Below, in pieces: positions 33,773 to 45,653 of a stretch of 64,000 nucleotides of DNA. The DNA is from Podarcis muralis (lineage: Eukaryota), in contig NC_135667.1 in assembly GCF_964188315.1 (NCBI RefSeq), positions 13,268,001 to 13,332,000 on the forward strand, read 5' to 3'. The notes under the pieces are model-generated. The model was not told the origin of the DNA. It worked only from the letters and a program-made list of their open reading frames with translations, and made no database searches. Positions within the stretch are counted from its first letter, which is position 1, and every line of letters starts with the position of its first letter. A program made the position numbers and the translations under genes.

Positions 33773-35357
33773 TTGTTGTTGTTGTTGTTTAGTCGTTTAG
33801 TCGTGTCCGACTCTTCGTGACCCCATGGACCAGAGCACGCCAGGCACCTCTGTCCTCCACTACCTCCCACAGTTTGGTCAAACTCATGCTGGCAACCTCG
33901 AAAACACTATCCAACCATCTCATCCTCTGTCACCCCCTTCTCCTTGTGCCCTCCATCTTTCCCAGCATCAGTGTCTTCTCCAGGGAGTCTTCTCTTCTCA
34001 TGAGGTGGCCAAAGTACTGGAGCCTCAGCTTCACGATCTGTCCTTCCAGTGAGCACTCAGGGCTGATTTCCTTAAGAATGGATGCGTTTGATCTTCTTGC
34101 AGTCCATGGGACTCTCAAGAGTCTTCTCCAGCACCATAATTCAAAAGCATCAATTCTTCGGCGATCAGCCTTCTTTATGGTCCAGCTCTCACTTCCATAC
34201 ATCACTACTGGGAAAACCATGGCTTTAACTATACGGACCTTTGTTGGCAAGGTGACGTCTCTACTTCTCAAGATGCTGTCTAGGCCTGTCATTGCCCTTC
34301 TCCCAAGAAGCAGGCATCTTTTAATTTCGTGGCTGCTGTCACCATCTGCAGTGATCATGGAGCCCAAGAAAGTAAAATCTCTCACTGCCTCCATTTCTTC
34401 CCCTTCTATTTGCCAGGAGGTGATGGGACCAGTGGCCATGATCTTCGTTTTTTTGATGTTGAGCTTCAGACCATATTTTGCGCTCTCCTTTTTCACCCTC
34501 ATTAAAAGGTTCTTTAATTCCTCCTCACTTTCTGCCATCAAGGTTGTGTCATCTGCATATCTGAGGTTGTTGATATTTCTTCCGGCAATCTTAATTCCAG
34601 CTTGGGATTCATCCAGCCCAGCCTTTCGCATGATGTATTCTGCATATAAATTAAATAAGCAGTTAGACAAAATACAGCCTTGTCGTACTCCTTTCCCAAT
34701 TTTGAACCAATCAGTTGTTCCATATCCAGTTCTAACTGTAGCTTCTTGTCCCACATAGAGATTTCTCAGGAGACAGATGAGGTGATCAGGCACTCCCATT
34801 TCTTTAAGAACTTGCCATAGTTTGCTGTGGTCGACACAGTCAAAGGCTTTTGCATAGTCAATGAAGCAGAAGTAGATGTCTTTCTGGAACTCTCTAGCTT
34901 TCTCCATAATCCAGCGCATGTTTGCAATTTGGTCTCTGGTTCCTCTGCCTCTTCTAAATCCAGCTTGCACTTCTGGGAGTTCTCGATCCACATACTGCTT
35001 GAGCCTTCCTTGTAGAATTTTAAGCATAACCTTGCTAGCGTGTGAAATGAGTGCAATTGTGCGGTAGTTGGAGCATTCTTTGGCACTGCCCTTCTTTGGG
35101 ATTGGGATGTAGACTGATCTTCTCCAATCTTCTGGCCACTGCTGAGTTTTCCAAATTTGCTGGCATATTGAGTGTAGCACCTTAACAGCATCATCTTTTA
35201 AAATTTTAAATAGTTCAGCTGGAATACTATCACTTCCACTGGCCTTGTTATTTGCAGTGCTTTCTAAGGCCCATTTGACTTCACTTTCCAGGATGTCTGG
35301 CTCAAGGTCAGCAACCACACTACCTGGGGTGTACGAGACATCCATATCTTTCTGGTA
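33773..35357 (-). mobile_element. RTE-BovB LINE, 5'-truncated, about 1.6 kb
   Basis: RT motifs NYRTIALISHASKV, QAGFRRGRGTRDQI, FIDYAKAFD, LRYADD; (CAA)n tail. Confidence 0.96.
33930..35345 (-). pseudogene. BovB reverse transcriptase region (471-codon open frame), truncated, with a late premature stop
   Basis: Ends TRRRG*; the second BovB copy has CGA at this codon, so the stop is a CpG C-to-T change. Confidence 0.88.
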
Positions 35358-35360
35358 TGT

Positions 35361-35720
35361 GGGACGCAGGTGGCGCTGTGGGTAAAAGCCTCAGCGCCTA
35401 GGGCTTGCCGATCGAAAGGTTGGCGGTTCGAATCCCCGTGGCGGGGTGCGCTCCCGTTGCTTGGTCCCAGCGCCTGCCAACCTAGCAGTTTGAAAGCACC
35501 CTCGGGTGCAAGTAGATAAATAGGGACCGCTTGCTGGCGGGAAGGTAAACGGCGTTTCCGTGTGCTGCGCTGGCTCGCCAGATGCAGCTTTGTCACGCTG
35601 GCCACGTGACCCGGAAGTGTCTCCGGGCAGCGCTGGCCCTCGGCCTCTTAAGTGAGATGGGCGCACAACCCTAGAGTCTGTCAAGACTGGCCCGTACGGA
35701 CAGGGGTACCTTTACCTTTT
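35361..35720 (+). mobile_element. Sauria SINE (Squam1-like), full length
   Basis: gggacgcaggtggcgctgtgg head, B box ggttcgaatcc, acctttacctttt tail. Confidence 0.9.
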
Positions 35721-35918
35721 ACTTTACAAATGAAGGCAGGCAGGCATGTCGCCTACAGCCCTTGTTTACTTGGTTGCCGTATTCAGGGCCAGGGAAGAAT
35801 TTTCTCCTGCAAGTAAATTGGCTGGCTTGTACACTTTTGCGTATCTCAGCAACCTCCACAACTTTGTTGGATAAGGCATTGGGCTGGATCCTTAGTCACA
35901 TGGGTATCCCATTAGAAA

Positions 35919-36304
35919 GGGATGCGGGTGGCACCGTAGTCTAAACCACTGATCCTCTTGGGCTTGCCAATCAGAAGGTCAGCAGTTCGAATCCCTGTGA
36001 CGGGGTAAGCTCCCGTTGCTCTGTCCCAGCTCCTGCCAACCTAGCAGTTCAAAAGCACGCCAGTGCAAGTAGACAAATAGGTACCACTGCGGTGGGAAAG
36101 TTAATGGCGTTTCCATGTGCTCTGGTTTCCATCACGGTATTCTGTTGTGCCAGAAGTGGTTTAGTCATGCTGGCTACATGAGCCAGAAAGCTGTCTGGTG
36201 GACAAACACGAGCTCCCTTAGTCTGAAAGCGAGATGAATGCTGCAACCCCATAGTCGCCTTTGACTGCACTTAACTGTCTAGGGGGTCCTTTGCTCTTAC
36301 CTTT
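35919..36304 (+). mobile_element. Sauria SINE, second subfamily, full length
   Basis: gggatgcgggtggcaccgtagtctaaacc head, gttcgaatcc B box, ggggtcctttgctcttaccttt tail. Confidence 0.88.
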
Positions 36305-36404
36305 TTATCCAGGAGGGTTGTTTCTGTCTGGGGGTCCACTGGGGGACCGATGGGCCAATACAACTTTCCCAATGGCAGCCTGTGCAAGGTTGTGACATCT
36401 AGTC

Positions 36405-36540
36405 CAGTGTTTCCCAACCTTGTGCCTCCAGCTGTTTTTGAACTACAACTCCCATCATCCCTGACTAGCAAGACCAGTGGCAAGGGATGATGGGGATTGT
36501 AGTCCAAAAACAGCTGGAGGCACAAGGTTGGGAAACACTG
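36405..36540. mobile_element. hAT-type palindromic MITE
   Basis: Long TIR cagtgtttcccaaccttg; perfect 8-bp TSD atctagtc. Confidence 0.9.
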
Positions 36541-36802
36541 ATCTAGTCTATATTGGGGGTGACGTCCCAGTGCAAGGTTGACTCCACCAGGTTCCTATCA
36601 GGTGGGCTCCTTGATGCTGGATACATGCCCAATGCCTTTACCAAACCTATTATTTCCCATAACCAATAAAGTTCTGACCCAGTTCAACCAAATAGCAGTC
36701 TCCTGTGTTCATTCTTTTGGCCCTCCCTTCCCCTATTACGGCTGTTATGCCCTTGTGCTGGCAATCCAAGGATACATTCTAACCAGACAAAAATATTCAA
36801 GA

Positions 36803-37180
36803 AGGGTATGAGACCATATAACACAGGTGCTGAAAGACCTACATTGGCTCCCAGTTTGTTTCCGGGCACAATTCAAAGTCCTAAACGGCCTCAGCCCAGT
36901 ATCCCTGAAGGAGCGTCTTCACCCCCATCATTCAGCTTGGACACTGAAGTCCATCTCCAAGGGCCTTCTGGCAGTTCCCTTCCAGTTAGAAGTGAGGTTA
37001 CAGGGAACCAGGCAGAGGGCCTTCTTAGTCACGGCGTCTACCCTGTGGAACTCCCTTCCATCAGATGTCAAGGAAATAAACAACTATCTGACTTTCAGAA
37101 GACATCTGAAGGCAGCCCTGTTTAGGGAAGTTTTTAATGTTTGATATTTTATTGTGTTTTTAATATTCTTTTGGAAGCTG
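36803..37180 (+). mobile_element. L2 LINE 3' fragment
   Basis: HITQVLKDLHWLPVCFRAQFK..TLWNSLP..FRRHLKAALF. Confidence 0.85.
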
Positions 37181-37464
37181 CCGTGTTGTGGTTGTTGTTG
37201 AGCAGGGGTAAGGTAAGGGTTGTGGCTAAAGATGAGTGTGGCCTACAGAGAGTACCAGGGACCATATAGCAAGTGTTTCCAAACTGTGGTCTGCAGACTG
37301 TTGCAAACACTTCCCTCACTCTTTCACCCAGGGAGATTCACACTGATTCCCAGAGAATTGCTAATGAAGGACTTGGGGAAAAAGCAGTCAACAAAATAAA
37401 AAGTGGCATAAACACCACTGAAAAGCATTCTATTTATTCTAATTTTCATTGTTTTATTTTTTTC

Positions 37465-38100
37465 CCTGCCCCACTTTGATATTAAATATCAAACTTTATT
37501 ACAAAAGTAAATATATATTACCCCCATGAATAGTATTCCAGGATTCAGATTACATTTATTTAAAATACAATGTAACATACACATAGAACTAAGAGTACCT
37601 TATTTAACATAATATTCAATCTACTATAATATATAAAATTAGTCTTTCATTTACAACATTCATTACTTTCTATAACCTATCATCAAAACAAACAACCCCA
37701 TCCATTTGATCCACATTTCATTTTTCTCAATTCATGCATCCCTTTTTCAATCAATTCTGTTTGCCCTTTAAAAAGACCAATAACTGAATGTTGGCCTACC
37801 CAAAACTTGTCCAGTTTTCTTTGACCTTTTATTACTTGAAGTCTGTGACAGTCTTTCCAATACAGGCATTAGCCAAACTTTACATTAGCAATGTTGAAGA
37901 TTTATGTACTTATTTTTTTCTAATGTTGAGCTTTTCCTTCCCCTTCAGTTCTTTATTACTATATTCAAATAAGTTCAGCAAGACCAGGGTAGGAGCAATT
38001 TATAATTCTTGTTTTACTGTTTTTGAGATTTCTGCAAAATCTTTCTTCCATTTTTTAAACTTCTGGGCATTGCCATCACATGTTTAGGTAGTTGCCTATC
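37465..38100 (-). mobile_element. L1 LINE 3' fragment, decayed
   Basis: AT-rich 3' UTR-like segment; reverse translation with VLLNLF..LNI..WK-type L1 ORF2 C-terminal residues. Confidence 0.5.
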
Positions 38101-38549
38101 ATTTGTCACTCTCCAGCATATTGGAGAGGAGTTGGGTTGAGGAAAGCCAATTGCCTACATGTCAAATACCAAAAATGTGTTAATTTTAAGGATAACAGCC
38201 TTGCAAACGCTGATATTGATATGTAAGGTGTGGTCCATCACCTAGCCCTCTAAAACTTCTACCTCATACCCTCTTGGTTTGGGAATGACCCAATATTTCT
38301 GTATCTCAAGGGCTCACAGAAAGCTGTTCCAGCCAACCAATGACCTGATGCAGAGTCATTGGTGCCAGGAGGTTTCATTATATTTTAAAGGTTTGCTAAA
38401 GTTTTAATTCAAAAAAGGAGGACTCATGGGATTTTTCCCCCCAAATGAGGGCCCCATCTACTGATATTAACATCCAAGAATGTTTTAGAGTCATATGAGT
38501 TCTAAAGGCAACTGGATTTTGAACCAGCTGAAGTTGCAAAGTCTTCAAA

Positions 38550-38790
38550 GGCAGCCCTACTTTAGTGCTTTGTTGCTGTAATCCAGTTTAGAAATTACCA
38601 GAGCACGGAGTATCATGACCAAGTCATTTCTGTCCCAAAGGGCCCCATACCTGGTTAACTAGATGGAGCGGTAGATAGGCACTTCTAGCTGCTGGTGGTA
38701 CCTGGGACTCAAGTGATAATGGTGGATCCAGGATTTGCTTAAGAAAGAGATGCATTGCCATTTCCTTCAAGGGAGATGGCACTCTGCCCT
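38550..38790 (-). mobile_element. L2 RT-region fragment
   Basis: PLKE..LDPPLSLESQVPPAARSAYLPLHLV resembles L2 PLKEQVRSLGVLLDPSLSLEAQV..VARSAF. Confidence 0.7.
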
Positions 38791-38885
38791 CCACCAGCAT
38801 AGCAGTGATTAGTCCTTCTACCCACCCCAGCATAAATCAATAATAAATTTACCCAACTCCCACCTCAATTACACAGTAGCAGCAA

Positions 38886-39050
38886 TAGGAACATTTAAAG
38901 CTGCCTTAGACTAAGTCAGATCATTGGTCCATGTAATACATTGACTGGCAGCAGCTCTCCAGGATTTCAGGCAAGCGTCTCTCCCAGCTACATAGAGATG
39001 CCAGGGACTAAGGCATAATCCATTTGCATGCAAAAGCTAGAACCCTTCCC
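38886..39050 (-). mobile_element. Squam2-like SINE, shared with the OR-8 unit (predates the OR-7/OR-8 duplication)
   Basis: Same flank caactcccacctca.ttacaca..agcagcaatag at 43450-43485. Confidence 0.65.
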
Positions 39051-39267
39051 CCAAACAAAGTAGTAGTAATAAAATAACATGGATCACAAAATGATTGCTC
39101 TTCGTCTTGTTACAGTTAATTTATATATTGAATTCTATACTCAGTCTCAAAACATTGTAAGCATGAGATAATTAAAAGAAGTTAAAAACACAAAACAACA
39201 AATAAGCCCACCCTCCTACCTTTGGCTTTTATTCCAGCTAAAATACCTCCCTTCCCCCTCCACTTTC

Positions 39268-40206
39268 CTACATCACCCTCTTTGTTCTCAACAACCGGAA
39301 CAATGCTTCCTTCACCTGATCATTCCTGAGACAGTAGATGAGGGGGTTGAGCATAGGAGCAAAAGTAGTATAGAAGAGAGCCATCACTTTAGCGTTGTCA
39401 CTGTGACTCTCTCCACTGTGCCCTATATACATAGCTGCCACAGATCCATAAAAGAGTGTCACCACTGCTAGGTGGGAAGACACTGTAGAAAAACCCTTGA
39501 TACCAGTGCTCTCATTAGATGTTTTCAGCAGGGTGAATACTACACATACATAGGAGACCACAATGAACAGGAAAGTAACCAGAATCACAGAAGAGCTGAC
39601 AAGGAAGCAGAAGAGGGGGAGGTGCCCAAGTGGAGGACAGGCCACAGAAAGGAGTTGACCAGAGTCACACACAAAGTGATCAAGTATATTGGAGCCACAG
39701 AAGGACAACCTGGAGATCAAAAACACTGGTGCAATGTAGCACAGGAAACCGAAAATCCAACATGCAGCCACCAGGACATAGCAGAAATCTGGGGTCATAA
39801 TTTGTGGGTAGCGCAGTGGGTGGCAGATGGCCAAAAAACGGTCCAAGGCCATGGCTGAAAGGAACAGGCATTCAGAAGTACCAAGGGAGAAATAGATGTA
39901 GAACTGGAGGAAGCAAGCATGGAAGGAGATGACCCCACCTGGGAAGGACAAGTCAAAGAGCATCCGTGGTGCCGTGGAAGTGACATAACACATCTCCAGC
40001 CAGGAGAAGTTGCTCAGCAAGATGTACATGGGCAGGTGAGCCAGGCGAGCATCATGAACCACTATCATGATGATGATGAAGTTCTCAGCCAACGTGAGGG
40101 TGTAGACTGCTGATAAGAAGATAAGAAGGAGCAGGCGTCCCTGTGGTCCAACTTGGAAGCCCACCAGAATGAATTCCTGCACCGTGGTCCCATTGACCAG
40201 CTCCAT
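39268..40206 (-). CDS. Olfactory receptor OR-7, OR11-like, 312 aa
   Basis: LAHLPMY, GTSECLFLSAMALDRFLAICHPL, KGFSTVSSHL, PMLNPLIYCLRN. Confidence 0.95.
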   Translation of the reverse strand: MELVNGTTVQEFILVGFQVGPQGRLLLLIFLSAVYTLTLAENFIIIMIVVHDARLAHLPMYILLSNFSWLEMCYVTSTAPRMLFDLSFPGGVISFHACFLQFYIYFSLGTSECLFLSAMALDRFLAICHPLRYPQIMTPDFCYVLVAACWIFGFLCYIAPVFLISRLSFCGSNILDHFVCDSGQLLSVACPPLGHLPLFCFLVSSSVILVTFLFIVVSYVCVVFTLLKTSNESTGIKGFSTVSSHLAVVTLFYGSVAAMYIGHSGESHSDNAKVMALFYTTFAPMLNPLIYCLRNDQVKEALFRLLRTKRVM

Positions 40207-41069
40207 CTGGATTACACAGAAAACCTCCTGGAGGCTAGTCTTGCATTTTCAGTGGTAAACTAAGGTTATCTAATGTTTGGAATGGAGAAAGCCTTTGTGC
40301 TGGGTGGAGGAAGGGAAAGTTAACCAATTTTGTTTACCAATAATTGAGGTGGCAGCGGTGGGCTGACTTCAGTTCTGAGTGATGTATTCATTTAAAATCC
40401 TTTTTTAATCTACTAATATGCTTTAAACATTGAGGTGGCGGGGTGGGCTGACTTTAGAATCCTTTTTTCCTTTAGATTCCTTTTTAATCTACTAATATGC
40501 TTTAAATATAGCAGGCAAAGTTCACATTGAGGATTTCTGGACAATTATACAGTGGCTTTCAGGCACTCCTGAGAATGCAGTTTTGCTTGAGAATATAAAT
40601 AACTTTCTGAATCAGTAGTCAGGTCCAGTATTCATTACAAACCTCCTAGTAATCAACACTCACTGATGGTCAACGTGAAACTGACCAAAAATCTCCAAGC
40701 CTTCCTTCTGCCCAAACATTGTTTATGGTATGTTAAGCAAGTAGAATATAACAATATGAATTTGTTTCAGCTGTCTTTGTCCTCTGAAGCATCAAAAGTA
40801 CTGGAATTGTCACAGGTTGCATCTTAAAAAACCTAGCCTTCTAAAATTCCCACCACACCCCTTCTTGGTTTGGGAATAACCCAATGTTTCTGTACCTTAA
40901 TAGCACACAGAAACCTCCTCCAACAAACCAAAGACCTGGTGCAGATAAAGTCCCAGTATTCATGGTGCTCAGATACTTCATCCTTTAGCTCAGGGCTGGC
41001 TTTGGTAGTTGAGAAAGAAAAGACTGCATTTATTTTAAAGGTTTGCTGAAGTTTTCATTCAAGAAAGGA

Positions 41070-41135
41070 AGGACTCTTGGGAACTTGCCTATCAAGGCTA
41101 ATTCTGTTTCCCTTCAAAACAAGGTCTCCTTGGGG
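41070..41135 (-). promoter_or_regulatory. Putative OR-7 promoter block (O/E-like sites and TAATT), conserved upstream of OR-8 (~46335-46400)
   Basis: actcttgggaa and taattc in both copies; tctccttgggga in the OR-7 copy. Confidence 0.45.
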
Positions 41136-41516
41136 ATTTCTGAAGAATTTGTAATGTATAGTAGCTTTGTTTACTTACGTGCTGAATCCTCCACATTGGA
41201 TGAATTGGGAACTACTGGTATTTGCTCTCTTTTTCTTTTTTTTCTGAAGTAAAAATGGATTTCTATTTTTAAATAAAGCTTAAAATACAGACAGCAAAAA
41301 GGTTGAACACAAAAACAAATAAAACAAAACCACTGGTTAAGGGAAATAGAAAAGTCACCGATTAGACTCCTTAGAGAATTGTGTGGAAACCTGAGGGACA
41401 CTTAGAGTAAAACAGTCTAAGGAGGAATTTGCAAACTATTGAGGATGCTTGGTTGTGTAAGTTATGTAGCCAGATCATAGTATGAAAACAACTGTTTTGG
41501 AGGTTTTTTAGGTGAA

Positions 41517-41682
41517 GGGGCAAGGCTCAGAGGTAGAGTACATGCCTGAATGCAAAGGGTCCCAGGTTCAGTCCCTGGCATCTTCAGACAGGGCTGAAGA
41601 CCCTTGGCAGAAGCTCTGAAGAGCCCCTGTTAAGTACTTTTGAGAATACCGAGCTAGGTGAACCAAAGGTCTGGTTCAGTAT
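41517..41682 (+). mobile_element. Squam2-like SINE
   Basis: gctcagaggtagag head, gtcccaggttcagtccctggcatc B-box region. Confidence 0.6.
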
Positions 41683-41683
<1 letters not shown>

Positions 41684-41718
<35 letters not shown>

Positions 41719-41960
41719 TTTATTATCCTGCATTCACCAGCCAATCCCAGGGTGGCTTACAACCATTTAACATTGTATACACAGTTAAACCAAATTGGAA
41801 TCAAAGCAAAAGGGAGAGTCTAGTGAAACCAGGTTAAGTAGGTGTCTCTTCAGCATTCACCAAATGCTGTATAGTGATGCAGCTCTGTGGGGAGGGAATT
41901 CTACAAGACAGGGGCTGCCGGAAAGAATGATCTCTCCCTGGGAACTCTGAGTTCCACCCT
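41684..41960 (-). mobile_element. L2 3' fragment with (CAT)n tail
   Basis: (cat)n, then aaatttattatcc..cccagggtggcttacaa. Confidence 0.55.
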
Positions 41961-42369
41961 ACCATACATTTAAAGAGCTTCTGTGGAAATTTAATAATCA
42001 TGGGTTCCTCCACAGAATCTGGGAACTATAATTAACACTTCCCAGAGCTATAATTCCTAGCACCCTTAACAAACAACAAGACTTGTGGAAACAAGTAGTG
42101 GTGGACAAATACTTTCTTTGCCAATGTCACTTCCATGTGAAAGGCACAGTAATGCGACTTCATACATGTTCGGTCAGATATAGGCTGAGATGTATGCTAC
42201 CTGCACTGTGGCTGTCAATCCTCCTGTTTCATCTCATGTGTAATCAGCTCACTAGAGTACCAAAGAGATCAACTTGCTCCACTCCATAGCAATGATGAGG
42301 GCACTCAGGAGCTATAGGGTCCATGGTTTGATCCATGTCACCAAGCTACAGTGTGAAAGGAGCCCCAAT

Positions 42370-43040
42370 AGGAGCACCAGCCATGTCATATGAAAAGTCC
42401 TTCAAAGAATTCAGGAATCGATCCACTCCTACAGCACAAAGTAGACATTTTCAGCCCAAAGCTCAGCAGGGAATATGTCCCCCAACCCCACTTTGTGGCA
42501 AATACAATATCAAGGATTTGTGCAGCAGCATGTGTTGGACCAGAGAAGTTCTGAAACAGCCATGAAGTCATGAGACTGCACATTTGAGGCAGCCTCAGAA
42601 GGATATTGAAGTCCCTCAACAATACTGTGATTGGGTTATCCAACACGGCATCTAAGACCACCCTGCCAGCACAGTTAGGAAGGTTATAGTACTGTGGAGT
42701 GAATGGAAGACAAATAACACTCTCATTCTGCCTCTCTGGCCCAACACAAATGCAAACAATCCCTCAAACCCAGACACTGTGTAAATTACTCTCATAGTGA
42801 GGGAGATGGAATTGCTATGTATGATATCAGGTGGTTGGTGCTGCATTGAGTACAAGAGTGGACACTGCTGGAGTAGCAGAGGGCCACCAGGTCTCAGTTG
42901 TAGAGGCCAAGTTACCTCCCTCATCCATGATCAAATTTTGGATAGATATTTCCTTCTGGGCAGACTTGGTATTAAGCAACAATACTTCACTAGGGGGTCA
43001 GCTGACCAGCATCCCCACATTCTGAGATATAGTGGTAAAG
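42370..43040 (-). mobile_element. L2 endonuclease-region fragment, decayed
   Basis: MDEGGNLASTTETW, QHQP, VLGQRGRM, LRDFNI, GPTHAAAQILDIVF. Confidence 0.75.
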
Positions 43041-43481
43041 AAGAAGGGACTAGGTTTTTGATATAACTAGTCCCCTCTTGCCCCAGCCCCCATATACCTT
43101 CAATCACCGGCACCATCACAAGGGTGGCAACCCTTGTCCCCTCTTCCGCCTATCCTTGGCCTAGGCACGTGATTCCTTTAACTCACCTCTAAGCATAGTG
43201 ATAGAATGCAGACTAAATAGACAGATCCAAAAATCCCAGGAGCAAACCACCCCACCCTGAGAGATGCCCAGGGACTCAATAGTGAAGGGCTTGGGAAATT
43301 AACAACTCACAAAAAGAAAAGTGGAATAAACAAACTCTGGGAATTACTCTTAATTTCATTGTTTTATTTATATGGCCCTTCGGCCAAAGTTCTCAGGACA
43401 GGATACAACAAATGAAGTAAAATGCAGCATAAATCAACAGACAAATTATCCAACTCCCACCTCATTTACACAACAGCAGCA

Positions 43482-43668
43482 ATAGAAACATAGGCAGCTG
43501 CCTTATACTGAGTCAGGTCATTCTTCTACCTAACAAAGTTCTGTTTACATTGTTTGGCAGTAGCTCTCCTGGATTTCAGGCAAGTGTCTGTCTCAATTGC
43601 CTGGAGATGCCTTTGATTGGACCCGGAACCTTCTGTACACAGTCAATACTCTTCCACTGAGCCACAAC
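43482..43668 (-). mobile_element. Squam2-like SINE (paralog of 38886 copy)
   Basis: taggcagctgccttatactgagtcagg tail; cttccactgagccac head. Confidence 0.65.
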
Positions 43669-44714
43669 ACTTCAACAAATCCATAATGTAGATTTCCTAT
43701 AGGCAAGACCATAAAATTGTTGTTGCTATTCGTATAAATACAATTAATATGTTACTTGTCTTTCAAACCACCATCTCAATGTGATTTAAAGAGAGTTAAA
43801 AGACATTAAAAACAGAAGTACAACAAATACATTTAAAACAGGATGAGGAGCCTAACTAATGGTAAAGACTCATTTATTCATCTACGAAAGTCTGCTGGAA
43901 CAAAAATGTATTCAGCAGTGATGGAAGCTAAATGAATAATCAAAGCGAAAGAAAACAGAGCTGGCTCCACCGTACTGGAAACTCAAAGAAGGACAGTGAT
44001 ATCATGAGGAGGTGGATTGCTTCCAACAAGTTATTTCTTTGATGCCTTATGTAGAACCAATATAGGGGCATGAAGCTGCTTAGTGACTAATATTAAAATC
44101 CTTCTAGGCTGTATCCTTTAAGGAGTTAATAGGGTATAGAAATGTATTAGCTCATGATTAAGGGCTGCTGGGTTTCTGGTTAAGACCAGGAAGAGCAGTG
44201 GTGAGTTTTCCTTCCTGGCCACTGAATTATAGCACTGAACAGCTGCCAGTTACCTTAAGTGTATAGGGTTAGCACAGGAAATTGAGCTTTCTCCTTGGCT
44301 ATGAGCCAGTCCTTTAAAGTCACACATTGGCTCTGCACTTAGCAGCCATTAAGGTAGAAGATTAGGTAGCTTCATCTTAAGACATGAAAACTGTATATAA
44401 AGCTGAGTGAAGTTGTCAGACAGACCTTGAGAATAGGAAGGACTTGAGAGGATGTAACTTCACTCTCAGGAGTTTTGTACTTCACTGCACAGGAGATGAT
44501 CTCCCAGCATCTGAAAGGGTGATATGTTATATCTGCTTTTCTGTGCTTTCTGCTTCATATTCTCACCTACCAATAAAACATGTTGAAGTACACACTTGGT
44601 ATATCCTTTATTGCCTATCTGATCCCAAAACAATTCCTTGCTCCTTGGCAAGTCACCCTCCCTCCCACTTTTATTCCAGATAAAATACGGTACATCCCTT
44701 TCCCCTCCACTTTC

Positions 44715-45653
44715 CTACATCACCCTCTTTGTTCTCAACAACTGGAACAATGCTTCTTTCACCTGATTATTCCTGAGACAATAGATGAGGGGGTTGAGCA
44801 TAGGAACCAGAGAAGCATAAAACAGAGTCATCACTTTCGTGTTGTCACTGTGACTCTCTCCACTGTGCCCTATATACAGAGCCGCCACAGATCCATAAAA
44901 GAATGCCACCACTGCTAGGTGGGAAGACACTGTAGAAAAACCCTTGATGCCAGTGCTCTCCTTGGATCTTTTTGCCAGGGTGAATACTACACATGCATAG
45001 GAGACCACAATGAAAAGGAAGGTGACCATAATCACACAAGAGGTGACAATGAAGCAGAAGAGAGGGAGGTACCCCAGGGGTGGACAGGCCACTGCTAAGA
45101 GTTGGTCAGAGTCGCACACAAAGTGATCAAGTATATTGGAGCCACAGAAGGACAACCTGGAGATCAAAAACACTGGTACAATGTAGCACAGGAAGCCCAA
45201 AATCCAACATGCAGCCACCAGGACATAGCAGAAATCTGGAGACATAATTTGTGGGTAGCGCAGTGGGTGGCAGATGGCCAAAAACCGGTCCAAGGCCATG
45301 GCTGACAGGAACAGGCATTCAGAAGTACCAAGAGAGAAATAGATGTAAAATTGGAGGAAGCAAGCATGGAAGGAGATGACCCCACCTGGGAAGGACAAGT
45401 CAAAGAGCATCCGTGGTGCAGTGGACGTCACATAACACATCTCCAGCCAGGAGAAGTTGCTCAGCAAGATGTACATGGGCAGGCGAGCCAGGCGAGCATC
45501 ATGAACCACTATCATGATGATGATGAAGTTCTCAGCCAATGTGAGGGTGTAGACTGCTGTGAAGAAGATGAGAAGGAGCAGGCGCCCCTGTGGTCCAACT
45601 TGGAAGCCCAGCAGAATGAATTCCTGCACCGTGGTCCCATTGGCCAGCTCCAT
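44715..45653 (-). CDS. Olfactory receptor OR-8, OR11-like, 312 aa; paralog of OR-7
   Basis: LARLPMY, MALDRFLAICHPL, KGFSTVSSHL, PMLNPLIYCLRN; start set at MELANG after acceptor atccag. Confidence 0.95.
   Translation of the reverse strand: MELANGTTVQEFILLGFQVGPQGRLLLLIFFTAVYTLTLAENFIIIMIVVHDARLARLPMYILLSNFSWLEMCYVTSTAPRMLFDLSFPGGVISFHACFLQFYIYFSLGTSECLFLSAMALDRFLAICHPLRYPQIMSPDFCYVLVAACWILGFLCYIVPVFLISRLSFCGSNILDHFVCDSDQLLAVACPPLGYLPLFCFIVTSCVIMVTFLFIVVSYACVVFTLAKRSKESTGIKGFSTVSSHLAVVAFFYGSVAALYIGHSGESHSDNTKVMTLFYASLVPMLNPLIYCLRNNQVKEALFQLLRTKRVM

Noticed and set aside
33817-34758. 313-aa + strand ORF
   Set aside because: Exact antisense shadow of the BovB RT frame; no independent protein motif
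44250-44285. Short stretch resembling OR TM7 (PVL..YTL.N)
   Set aside because: Under 40 bp, needs several indels and has no flanking OR similarity; chance match likely
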